Positions 52,047 through 60,467 of a DNA stretch of 64,000 nucleotides are shown here, in pieces; the first letter of the stretch is position 1, and every line of letters begins with the position of its first letter. A program made the translations under genes and the position numbers. The stretch spans positions 7,096 to 71,095 of the forward strand of contig LZRT01000072.1 in NCBI GenBank assembly GCA_002159075.1. The letters are read 5' to 3'. The notes under the pieces were generated by a model. It saw only the letters and a list, made by a program, of their open reading frames with translations. It ran no database searches and was not told the DNA's origin. This DNA comes from Bacillus thermozeamaize (GTDB lineage Bacteria; Bacillota; Bacilli; ZCTH02-B2).

Positions 52047-52592
52047 ATGAAAAAGGCCTTGTTGGTGATCGATGTCCAAAATGAATATTTCACCGGGAAA
52101 CTGCCGGTGAGCCATTCGGACAAAAGCCTCAACAACATCTTACTGGCGATGGATCGAGCGCATGAAAAAGGGATTCCGGTTGTGGTCATCCAGCACACCA
52201 GTCGAGCGCAGAACGCGGCTACGTTTCGCAAAGGCAGTCCCGAATGGGAGCTTCACCCTGAAATTGCCAAACGTCCTTGCGATCTCTTGATTGAAAAACA
52301 TTTGCCGGGAAGTTTTACCGGCACCCGTCTGGAGGATTGGCTGAAAAGCAAGGGCATTGCCGGCGTGGCGATTTCCGGCTACATGACCCACATGTGCTGC
52401 GACACCACGGCCAGGCAGGCGTTCCATTTGGGCTTTGCCGTCGACTTTCTTGCCGATGCGACCGGAACCATTTCCATCAAAAACGAAGCGGGTGAAGTCA
52501 CCGCTGAAGAACTTCATCAAACCATCTTGGTTGCACAAGGATCATTGTTCAGCAAGGTCCTCAAAACGTCTGACTGGATCGAAACCCTGTGA
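52047..52592 (+). CDS. isochorismatase-family cysteine hydrolase
   Basis: Starts [13 protein letters not shown]. Catalytic Cys region …[17 protein letters not shown]…. Confidence 0.85.
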   Translation: MKKALLVIDVQNEYFTGKLPVSHSDKSLNNILLAMDRAHEKGIPVVVIQHTSRAQNAATFRKGSPEWELHPEIAKRPCDLLIEKHLPGSFTGTRLEDWLKSKGIAGVAISGYMTHMCCDTTARQAFHLGFAVDFLADATGTISIKNEAGEVTAEELHQTILVAQGSLFSKVLKTSDWIETL

Positions 52593-52594
52593 GC

Positions 52595-52640
52595 ACACAC
52601 AAAACCCTGTGGCGTCAGCCGACAGGGTTTTGTGTGTCTA
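52595..52640. terminator. bidirectional terminator between convergent genes
   Basis: ACACACAAAACCCTGT…GACAGGGTTTTGTGTGT long stem, T/A-rich on both sides. Confidence 0.7.
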
Positions 52641-52667
52641 TGGCTTGTTTGTCTAGGGATTGCATGT

Positions 52668-53663
52668 TTATGATGTGCCCAATGCCGGAAAGTGCGGAAG
52701 CACTTCTTCCCCTAATTCTTCAATCACTTCTTCAGCAGGACGCCGGCCGTATTTCAAGTTGATGATGACGTGATTGACGCCGGCCGTTTTGAGACGCTCA
52801 AGGAATTCGATGAGCAGATTGCGGCCGATGCGGAACCCCAGATGAATCGGGACTGGCACATGGTTCGGATCTTCTGTCAAGTCGACATACAGGGACTGGC
52901 TGAACGGCTTGAACTGATCGGTAAGCGAGCGCCAATGTTGAATCAGTTCCGCTTGGAAGGTCAAGTTTCGGGGGTAGTACAGCCAACCGTCACTGTTTTT
53001 GGCAATCCATTCCACGGACTGCGCGCTGTGGCCGGTTACCAGCACCGGGATGTCCGACAGGCGTGGCTTGGGCAGCACGTCCCCATTCGCCAGGTGGACC
53101 CGGGGCGATTGAATCGTAGGGAAATGTTCCGCCCACGCTTTTTTCATGACCCCAACGGCTTCCTGAAACAAAGCGCCACGGTGTTCGGGATCGGCGGAAA
53201 AGGCCGGAAACTCAATCGGACGATCCCCGGTCGCCACGCCGAGCACCAAGCGTTCTCCGGACAACCGGTCGACGGAAGCGGCCGCTTTGGCGACATGCAA
53301 AGGGTGACGCAATGTCAGGATAATGCTTCCGGTGCCCAAAGCGATCTGTTCGGTATGGGCGGCGATATACCCTAAAAAGACCCAGGGATCATAGATTTGA
53401 CCCACGTCCCCGAAATAGGGGTCATACAACGGAACATCCCGCACGAACAAAGCGGCAAAATTCAACGCTTCCGCCCGTTTTGCCAGCTTCATCTGCTTTT
53501 CCATGTCCATCTCGGGAATGCTGCCCTCGTATGATTCCAGGGGAAAGAACAACCCGATGGTCAGATGGTTTTCCTTGAACATGCGTGCATATCCTTTGTG
53601 CTTGTCAAACCGGTTCGCCGGTTTTCTGTCGGCAGATGGATGCATGTTGGCGGATGGTTTCAT
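52668..53663 (-). CDS. LLM-class (luciferase-like) flavin-dependent oxidoreductase
   Basis: TIM-barrel LLM signature (…GTGSIILTLRHPLHVAKAAASVDRLSGERLVLGVATGD…). GGGAAAGAGG RBS before the start. Confidence 0.8.
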   Translation of the reverse strand: MKPSANMHPSADRKPANRFDKHKGYARMFKENHLTIGLFFPLESYEGSIPEMDMEKQMKLAKRAEALNFAALFVRDVPLYDPYFGDVGQIYDPWVFLGYIAAHTEQIALGTGSIILTLRHPLHVAKAAASVDRLSGERLVLGVATGDRPIEFPAFSADPEHRGALFQEAVGVMKKAWAEHFPTIQSPRVHLANGDVLPKPRLSDIPVLVTGHSAQSVEWIAKNSDGWLYYPRNLTFQAELIQHWRSLTDQFKPFSQSLYVDLTEDPNHVPVPIHLGFRIGRNLLIEFLERLKTAGVNHVIINLKYGRRPAEEVIEELGEEVLPHFPALGTS

Positions 53664-53831
53664 GGCTTGACCTCTTTCCCTTGTGTATTGAAAGATATGC
53701 TGCTTCTTTGCTGCTTCTTTTTTAAAGAAATGCTGCGTCCAACGGGCTGCGCCGTGAACGTTTCCTTTAAGGGAAAGGATACCGGAACCTTCTGTGCGCT
53801 ATCCATTGTCAATGTGTTGCAAAGTGTTGGC

Positions 53832-54437
53832 TCAAGAAGGCGGGCCCGCAATCATCCACGCTTCCCGCAGGTTGGCCAGCAGCAGGATGAGCAGTGCCGC
53901 CAGGATGCCCAGCTTGTCGAAGAGCGTGAGGGAACGGCTTTTTTGTTCGATGGGCTCCGGCCTTGAAAAGAAGCTCCGGAAACGGTACCGGGAAATGGCA
54001 TACGTGGCTACGGCAATCCATGTATACGCCGCGATTTCGTAAAGCCCGCTTCTTCCGAACACGGCCAGCGACGGGGGAAGGGGATGGTCCATGGGGATGG
54101 AGAAAGAATTGGTCCCAAGCAGGATGGCGTAATGGATCATCCATTCCAAAGGGATCAGATAACCGAGCGGAAACGTCCGGCCGATGACGTACAGGTTGGC
54201 AACAACCACAATCAGGCACGGAATGAGGTTCAAGCCAAAGATTTTGAGCCATTCCAGCACGGGATGTCCCGCCGCTTCGTTTCCGGCCAGTTTGGCCAAG
54301 AAGCCCGTATTGCGCAACACCGCCTCGGGCAAGAAGAAGTAGCTGATCGTCCAGGTGATGTAAAAGAACAACAAGCCCAGCAAGTAAAGCGAAAAAAACC
54401 TGACCAGGATATTTCGGTGGCAGAAAAGGGCGGACAT
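53832..54437 (-). CDS. hypothetical polytopic membrane protein (possibly SpoIIM/DUF95-like)
   Basis: About five hydrophobic helices. Family assignment is tentative. Confidence 0.4.
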   Translation of the reverse strand: MSALFCHRNILVRFFSLYLLGLLFFYITWTISYFFLPEAVLRNTGFLAKLAGNEAAGHPVLEWLKIFGLNLIPCLIVVVANLYVIGRTFPLGYLIPLEWMIHYAILLGTNSFSIPMDHPLPPSLAVFGRSGLYEIAAYTWIAVATYAISRYRFRSFFSRPEPIEQKSRSLTLFDKLGILAALLILLLANLREAWMIAGPPS

Positions 54438-54678
54438 GTTGGACCCACTTCCTTTGTCTGATCTATTTTCAAAATTCAGGAATCAAAGCGTGCCAGTCAG
54501 CCAATCCTGTGAAGATTTTACCGAATCAAAAGGACATCTGAAAAGAGGTTCAGGATGGAGGGAATTTCCTTATTTTCATGTTTTTATAGAAGCGCCGTTG
54601 ACATGCTATACTGGAGGCGATGTGAATCTGCAGAAGGTATTGGAAGGCATCGAGAATCCACAGAAAGCGGTGTGAATC

Positions 54679-56466
54679 GTGCATTCGGTGACCACGTTTG
54701 ACAGTACCAAAGAATCCCTGCAAGACTTGCTGAAGAGCATCAAGGATGGGAGAACGCAGCTCCCCGATTTTCAGCGCGGGTGGGTTTGGGATGACGAGCA
54801 CATCCGCAGCCTGTTGGCCAGCATTTCCCTGTCCTACCCGGTCGGCGCCGTGATGATGCTTCAAACCGGCAATGATGAGGTCCGGTTCAAACCGCGGCCG
54901 GTGGAAGGCGTCATCCTGCCGCAACCGGTTGAGCCGGAGCGGCTGATCCTGGACGGCCAGCAGCGGCTGACCTCCCTGTACCAATCCTTGTATTCCGGCA
55001 AGCCGGTCACGACCAAAGATCCGAGGGGCAATACGATCAGCCGGTGGTATTACCTGGACATCAACAAGGTCCTCGATCCGGCGGCAGACCGGGAGGAGGC
55101 CGTTGTCAGCGTTCCGGAGGACCGGAAGATTCGCAACTTCCGCGGCGAGGTGACGGCGGATTACTCGACCATGGAAGCGGAGTGCCGGGCGGAATTGTTT
55201 CCTTTGGCCCGCGTGTTTGACCTTCACGCCCTGATGGAATGGCAGATGTGTTATTGCCAGGCGGACCCCACAGCCGCGGCGGAGCGGATGGGCAAGTGGA
55301 GCCGGTTTCTCCAGGACGTGATCCAGCGGTTTCAGCAGTACCAGATGCCGCTCATCCTGCTGCGCAAGGAAAACCCCAAGGAAGCGGTTTGCCAGGTGTT
55401 TGAAAAGGTGAACACCGGCGGCGTCTCCCTGACCGCCTTTGAACTCCTGACCGCCACTTATGCGGCGGAAGATTTCAACCTGCGGGAGGACTGGCAGGAG
55501 AGGCAGCGGCGGATCCGGCAACACAAGGTGCTGGAAGGGGTCCAGAACACCGACTTTTTGCAGGCGGTTACCCTGCTGGCCACATATGCCCGGAAAAAGG
55601 CCAATCCCGAACAGGCCGTCAGCTGCAAGCGCCGGGACATCCTCCGGCTGTCCCTGGATGATTACCTGGCCTGGGCCGAGCCGGCGACGGCGGGTTTCGA
55701 AAAGGTGGCTAAGTTCTTGATTTCACAGAAAATCTTTGCCGCCCGGGATCTTCCCTATCATTCACAGACCGTGCCCCTGGCGGCCATCATGGCAGTTCTT
55801 GGGGACCGCGCGGAAAATGACGGTGTCCGCGCAAAACTGGCCCGCTGGTACTGGTGCGGCGTGCTGGGTGAGTTGTATGGCAGCGCGACCGAGAGCCGGT
55901 TTGCCAAGGATCTGCCGGAAGTGGTTTCCTGGATCGAAGGGGGAGAGGCGCCGTCCACCGTCCAGGATGCCCATTTCTCACCCGACCGCCTGCTCACCTT
56001 GCGGACGCGGAACAGCGCGGCGTACAAGGGAATTTCCGCCCTCCTGCTGCGGGAGGGGGCGCTGGATTTCCGGAGCGGCGATGCGGTGGATGTGAATCTG
56101 TATTTTGACGAACGGATGGACATTCACCATATCTTCCCCCGCGCCTTTTGTCAGGAAAAGGGGATTGACCTGCGGCTCTGTGATTGCATCGTCAACAAGA
56201 CGCCCCTGTCGGCCAAGACCAACCGCATGATCGGCGGCAATGCGCCCAGCGTCTACCTGGTCCGCCTGCAGAAACACGCCGGGATTGCGGACGAGCGGAT
56301 GCGGGAGATTCTGTCTTCCCACGTGATCGATGAACAGGCGATGCGGCAGGATGACTTCCACACCTTTTTCCGCCTCCGGCGCGAGGCGCTGCTTGACCGT
56401 ATTGAACAGGCGATGGGGAAACCGGTGAACCGGCACGCGGATGCGGACCCTGGCGCGCCGCGATGA
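54679..56466 (+). CDS. GmrSD-family type IV (modification-dependent) restriction endonuclease, DUF262 + DUF1524
   Basis: N-terminal DUF262/ParB-like NTPase (…LPDFQRGWVWD…, …LILDGQQRLTSL…) and C-terminal DUF1524 His-Me finger (…DIHHIFPRAF…NKTPLSAKTNRMIGG…). GTG start. Confidence 0.8.
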   Translation: MHSVTTFDSTKESLQDLLKSIKDGRTQLPDFQRGWVWDDEHIRSLLASISLSYPVGAVMMLQTGNDEVRFKPRPVEGVILPQPVEPERLILDGQQRLTSLYQSLYSGKPVTTKDPRGNTISRWYYLDINKVLDPAADREEAVVSVPEDRKIRNFRGEVTADYSTMEAECRAELFPLARVFDLHALMEWQMCYCQADPTAAAERMGKWSRFLQDVIQRFQQYQMPLILLRKENPKEAVCQVFEKVNTGGVSLTAFELLTATYAAEDFNLREDWQERQRRIRQHKVLEGVQNTDFLQAVTLLATYARKKANPEQAVSCKRRDILRLSLDDYLAWAEPATAGFEKVAKFLISQKIFAARDLPYHSQTVPLAAIMAVLGDRAENDGVRAKLARWYWCGVLGELYGSATESRFAKDLPEVVSWIEGGEAPSTVQDAHFSPDRLLTLRTRNSAAYKGISALLLREGALDFRSGDAVDVNLYFDERMDIHHIFPRAFCQEKGIDLRLCDCIVNKTPLSAKTNRMIGGNAPSVYLVRLQKHAGIADERMREILSSHVIDEQAMRQDDFHTFFRLRREALLDRIEQAMGKPVNRHADADPGAPR

Positions 56467-56565
56467 AAAACAGGCGGTCCCATCAGAGTAAATGTCGGCT
56501 CCAAAATGGAACATGCCGCATCTCATAATAAAAAATTAAACTTTGCCATTCAGAGGTGATGGTGA

Positions 56566-56850
56566 TTGCCGTTCATCAAACCGTTTATCACTGCTTTAAG
56601 ATTTAACGCAACGATTGGGGATGGAACAGGCACGGGTGCCACGTTTGCCATTCCGGCCACCGCATTTCTCGATGACAGCGGAAATACGGTGACCACATTC
56701 CCCAGTTCGTTCGCGTATTACAACCTTTACATCAACGGCGTGATTCAGCCGGGCAACGCCTCCACGATTTCAACCACCTCGCTCACGATTCCCGACGGAG
56801 ATACTTTAAACCCGGCAACCCCTGTCGTTGTGGAAATGGTTGTCAATTAA
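56566..56850 (+). CDS. small protein with an N-L-Y-I-NGV-I-Q motif (DUF4183-like)
   Basis: 94 aa from TTG after AGGTGATGG. Thr/Gly-rich. A paralogue is the next gene. Confidence 0.5.
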   Translation: MPFIKPFITALRFNATIGDGTGTGATFAIPATAFLDDSGNTVTTFPSSFAYYNLYINGVIQPGNASTISTTSLTIPDGDTLNPATPVVVEMVVN

Positions 56851-56970
56851 CAGGGCAATGTTCAAACGATCGCGCCTGCAAAGCATTCAGGGCTTTCCCG
56901 GACGGGCACAGCATGTCTGGGGAGGCCCCTTTCTTGCTTTATTCATTCTTCGTGAAAGGAAGGACAAGCG

Positions 56971-57477
56971 GTGAGACTCTACATGGTACGAAGAAACATT
57001 CTGCCTGAAAACATCACTCCAGGTAATATGATGCGGAGAAGCATGGCCTCAAAGATGATGTTCAGGTCACCGGTCACGCAAAGCGCGAGCGTGTCCGTCA
57101 CGGAGAACCTGGCATATGCCTGGTGCCATGCGAAGATGATTACCCCACTCGGCTGCCCCGATATCTTTCCAAGACAGGTCAGTCCCGATGTTCCTCGCCT
57201 GCTGAAAGCCGAGACCACTCAATACACGGCTTTTTCCGACGGCTTCCGAAATGTCTACACCGACGCTGACGCAGCGCCGCCATACAGCACTTCCGGCATC
57301 TTGGACCCTGGCAGTGTGTCTTTTCTCAACCTTTTTGTCAACGGCGTCCTGCAATCACCGAATTTGTATGCGGTAAGACCCGGAATGCTGATTCTCAGCG
57401 ATATCCCCCCGCGGGGCGCGCCGCTCATCCTGCAGTTTGTGAAAATCACTTTGCCCTCTGATCAAGGGTTGCTTTAG
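56971..57477 (+). CDS. small protein with an N-L-F-V-NGV-L-Q motif (DUF4183-like paralogue)
   Basis: GTG start after GAAAGGAAGG. Shares …LNLFVNGVLQSPNLY… with the upstream gene's …YNLYINGVIQPGNAS…. Confidence 0.5.
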   Translation: MRLYMVRRNILPENITPGNMMRRSMASKMMFRSPVTQSASVSVTENLAYAWCHAKMITPLGCPDIFPRQVSPDVPRLLKAETTQYTAFSDGFRNVYTDADAAPPYSTSGILDPGSVSFLNLFVNGVLQSPNLYAVRPGMLILSDIPPRGAPLILQFVKITLPSDQGLL

Positions 57478-57750
57478 GGATTTTCGGGACCTTTGTCCAT
57501 TCTTAACTATTTTTTTCAAAGACCTGACGCGTGACAAGGAAAAACGGCAAATTCCTTTTAAGGCGGAAGATTACGATCTGACAACCAGGGAGATCAAGCT
57601 CCTGGAAGAGCAGGGATTTTTGTTAGAAACGGATGATGGGTATTACATGCCCGAGATTATCCGTCGCGGGCTAGGATTTCAAATCCAGGCGGGCGCCAGA
57701 CCGAAGGTGCTGGCGCTGTTGAGGGCGGCGAAACGCAAAAGGTAAGTTCT

Positions 57751-57798
57751 AAGTTCAAAAACACCGAGGGGCTGGTCAGTTGACGCAGCCCCTCGGTG
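57751..57798 (-). terminator. rho-independent terminator of the minus-strand TRAP/oxidase operon
   Basis: CACCGAGGGGCTG…CAGCCCCTCGGTG stem followed (on the minus strand) by TTTTTGAAC. Confidence 0.8.
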
Positions 57799-57842
57799 CG
57801 TATATTGGCATATTGCATATTGCGAGCGCAGTTTGTGGAAAT

Positions 57843-58913
57843 TCATTCATGAAACCGTTCCAGGCGAAACGGTTCAAGCGGAAAAGAGGGAGCTTCGCCC
57901 GCCAGGATCTCGCTCATCAGCATGCCGGCGATGGGGGAAAGGGTGACGCCGCTGTGCATCACCGCAAGGAACAGGCCAGGGACACCCTGGACGGGCCCGA
58001 TGATTGGCAGGCCGTCCCGGGGCATGGCCCGCAAACCGGCAAACGCCCGGACAAGGCGCAGGCGCCGAAGCGCGGGGATGATTTTGATGCCAAAACGGGC
58101 CGTTTCGCCGATAATATCCCAGGTGGTGTCCTTGGCAAACCCGGCCTCCTCCTTGGAATATCCGATGAGCACCTCTCCGTTCACGGTTTGCCGGACGCCG
58201 CTGACGGTGTGCTTGAGGAAGCGCGGGGCCGGTTCGGTGATCAGGATTTGCCCCCTGACCGGACGGACGGGCACCTGGACGCCCAGGTGTTGGGCCAGGA
58301 GCGGGGTCCACGTGCCGGCCGCCAACACCAGTTGCCCGGCGGTATAGGTTTCTTTCTCTGTCTGGATGACGAATTGCCTGCCGCGGCGTTGAATCTGGGT
58401 GACCGGATTGTAAAAGGAAAAGGTGACCTTCCGGCGCCTTGCCGCCTGAATGTAAGCCTGATTGAGGCGCATCGGGTTGACATTCCCGTCCAAAGGACTG
58501 TAGGTGGCGGCGATGATTTGATCCGACAGGTACGGCTCCTTGGCCAGGGCTTCTTCCTTGCTCAGGAGGTGGATTTCAATGCCTTTCTCCTGCTGTTCTT
58601 TCACCAGTTTCCTGGCTTTGGCCAGCTTGTCCTCATCGAAGATGGGAGCAATCCCGCCGGTGCGGACATATTCGATGTCCACGAGCTTTTTCTTGAGAAT
58701 GGGGTACATTTCGGCGCTGTACATGGAAAACTCGGCGTACCAGTTGGGCTGCTTGGTATGGACCCATACCCAGGCCTGTGTGGCGCCGGAGGTCCCGGCC
58801 CCCGGAAAGTGACGGTCGATGACCAGGATGTTGGATGTTTTTTCCGACAGATGGTAGGCGATGCTGCTTCCCACCACCCCAGCGCCGATGATGATGGTAT
58901 CGTAGTGTGTCAT
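57843..58913 (-). CDS. FAD-dependent amine oxidase/dehydrogenase, DAO family (HcnC/SoxB/glycine-oxidase-like beta subunit)
   Basis: Starts YDTIIIGAGVVGSSIAYHL. 356 aa DAO fold. Confidence 0.8.
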   Translation of the reverse strand: MTHYDTIIIGAGVVGSSIAYHLSEKTSNILVIDRHFPGAGTSGATQAWVWVHTKQPNWYAEFSMYSAEMYPILKKKLVDIEYVRTGGIAPIFDEDKLAKARKLVKEQQEKGIEIHLLSKEEALAKEPYLSDQIIAATYSPLDGNVNPMRLNQAYIQAARRRKVTFSFYNPVTQIQRRGRQFVIQTEKETYTAGQLVLAAGTWTPLLAQHLGVQVPVRPVRGQILITEPAPRFLKHTVSGVRQTVNGEVLIGYSKEEAGFAKDTTWDIIGETARFGIKIIPALRRLRLVRAFAGLRAMPRDGLPIIGPVQGVPGLFLAVMHSGVTLSPIAGMLMSEILAGEAPSFPLEPFRLERFHE

Positions 58914-58917
58914 GTTT

Positions 58918-59277
58918 TCATTCACCCGTTTGTTCCCGATTGTCAATGGCATGCAAGAGAATGTCGATGACTTCCGCATTTTGCCGGTTGGGCATGGTGG
59001 CCAGCACTTCCAGGTGAACCGGAAAGAGAGGAAACCGGGCCTTGGGGCTGGCGACCTGGGAGAGCGGCCGGCCGATGAATTCGGCGATGATGGCCATCAC
59101 AGGCATGCGGCAGGTTTTCGACTGGCAGGGGCCCATGCCGCAGCGGGTGATCCGTTTGATGTCGTCCGGTGTGCAGGCGCCTTGACTGATGGCGGTCTCG
59201 ATTTCCCCCCGGGTCACCTCTTCACACCGGCAGATGATTGTGAATTCGTCTGCAAAACGGTTCCATCCACAGTTCAA
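58918..59277 (-). CDS. BFD-like [2Fe-2S]-binding domain protein
   Basis: TTG start after AAAGGAGG. Cys cluster …CRCEEV…CGMGPCQSKTC… typical of BFD-like [2Fe-2S] domains (as in HcnB and opine oxidase A subunits). Confidence 0.7.
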   Translation of the reverse strand: MNCGWNRFADEFTIICRCEEVTRGEIETAISQGACTPDDIKRITRCGMGPCQSKTCRMPVMAIIAEFIGRPLSQVASPKARFPLFPVHLEVLATMPNRQNAEVIDILLHAIDNREQTGE

Positions 59278-59290
59278 TCTACAGCCTCCT

Positions 59291-60070
59291 TTACCTCCCG
59301 TGAAACAGCCCCTTGAGGGCCGCAAAAATGGGTTCATAGTTGCAGTCTTCGGGCGCCGCGTCAATGCCGGCCGCCTTGCCGGCCACGTAGACCCCGGGGG
59401 CGGACAGGGTTTCCAGGCGCTCATTGAGGCGGACGTGCATCCGGCCTTGCTCGTCCACAGCGGTTTCAAACTGGCTGGCGTGAAACAGATCGACGGCTGG
59501 AGTCCAGCCGGCATCCACAATCACGGTGCTGGCATCGATGGTCTGAACCTGGGAAGGGGGCTGCCCCTTTTCTCTCCAGGAAAAGCGCTTCACTTCTGTC
59601 CCGCCGCTGGCTTCTATCCACTCCAGATCATCCCAGCACAGGACGGTGGTTTGCTGGGCGTGGGCCTTGACGGTATCCACAAATGGGCCCTGCGGCTGAC
59701 GGGTCAGGAGGACGACCGATTCCCCGAGGGATGGTGCAGGGTATCGGAGGATCTGTTGGACCGCCGATGGCAGGAGCACCCCCGGCAGCGTCCAGCCCGG
59801 AAACGGCACTGCCAATCCTCTGCTTCCCGTTGCCGCGATGATCATCTGACAGTGAAAGCGATGCAGGCGTTCCTCATATTCCACAACCACTTCCCGGTCA
59901 AACCCGATGCCGAGGACGGCTGCCTGTCCGATCCGCCTGGGGTGAACGGGCAGGGGCTTCATATCCACCTGAAGGTAGGGCAGGGACTGCCTTTCCAGCC
60001 AATCGGCAAAGTAGGTGCCGGTTCTGCCGGCCCCGATGATCAGGACCGGCGCTTGGTCAAATGGGGTCAT
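59291..60070 (-). CDS. FAD/NAD(P)-binding oxidoreductase subunit (HcnB/OoxA N-terminal-like)
   Basis: Starts PVLIIGAGRTGTYFA (GxGxxG). Short pyridine-nucleotide-disulfide-oxidoreductase-like fold. Confidence 0.7.
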   Translation of the reverse strand: MTPFDQAPVLIIGAGRTGTYFADWLERQSLPYLQVDMKPLPVHPRRIGQAAVLGIGFDREVVVEYEERLHRFHCQMIIAATGSRGLAVPFPGWTLPGVLLPSAVQQILRYPAPSLGESVVLLTRQPQGPFVDTVKAHAQQTTVLCWDDLEWIEASGGTEVKRFSWREKGQPPSQVQTIDASTVIVDAGWTPAVDLFHASQFETAVDEQGRMHVRLNERLETLSAPGVYVAGKAAGIDAAPEDCNYEPIFAALKGLFHGR

Positions 60071-60467
60071 GCTGAACACCACGCTTCACTTGGATTCCTG
60101 GCCGGACCGGTTCCAAACAGCTTCGGACATTGCGTCTGCCGTCTACTTGCACTAGGCAGCTCTGGCACCAACCGGCGCCGCAATACATGCCTCTGGCCTG
60201 CGAAAGTTTCATGCTGCTGCCAAGGTTGCGAATGCCCGCGCGCCACAGGGCGACGGCAATCGGCTCGCCTTCATACCCATATACTTCTTTTCCTTCAAAG
60301 GTAAAGGTAATGCGTCGTTTTCCATTCATTGGCGTTTGATCTACCTCGCTGTCATGTTCTGCTTCCCGCTTCACATCGTGGAATAGCGCTTTTTCATCCA
60401 TAACGCTCATCTCATCGGTATCGTTGTTGTCGTTCTTTTCACTGTGACGGACTGAGGAGGCGCGCAT
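60057..60467 (-). CDS. [2Fe-2S] ferredoxin-like subunit (HcnA/SoxA-N-terminal-like)
   Basis: …MYCGAGWCQSCLVQVDGRRNVRSCLEPV… Cys motif. Start is uncertain (60467, 60410 or 60329). Confidence 0.65.
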   Translation of the reverse strand: MRASSVRHSEKNDNNDTDEMSVMDEKALFHDVKREAEHDSEVDQTPMNGKRRITFTFEGKEVYGYEGEPIAVALWRAGIRNLGSSMKLSQARGMYCGAGWCQSCLVQVDGRRNVRSCLEPVRPGIQVKRGVQHDPI

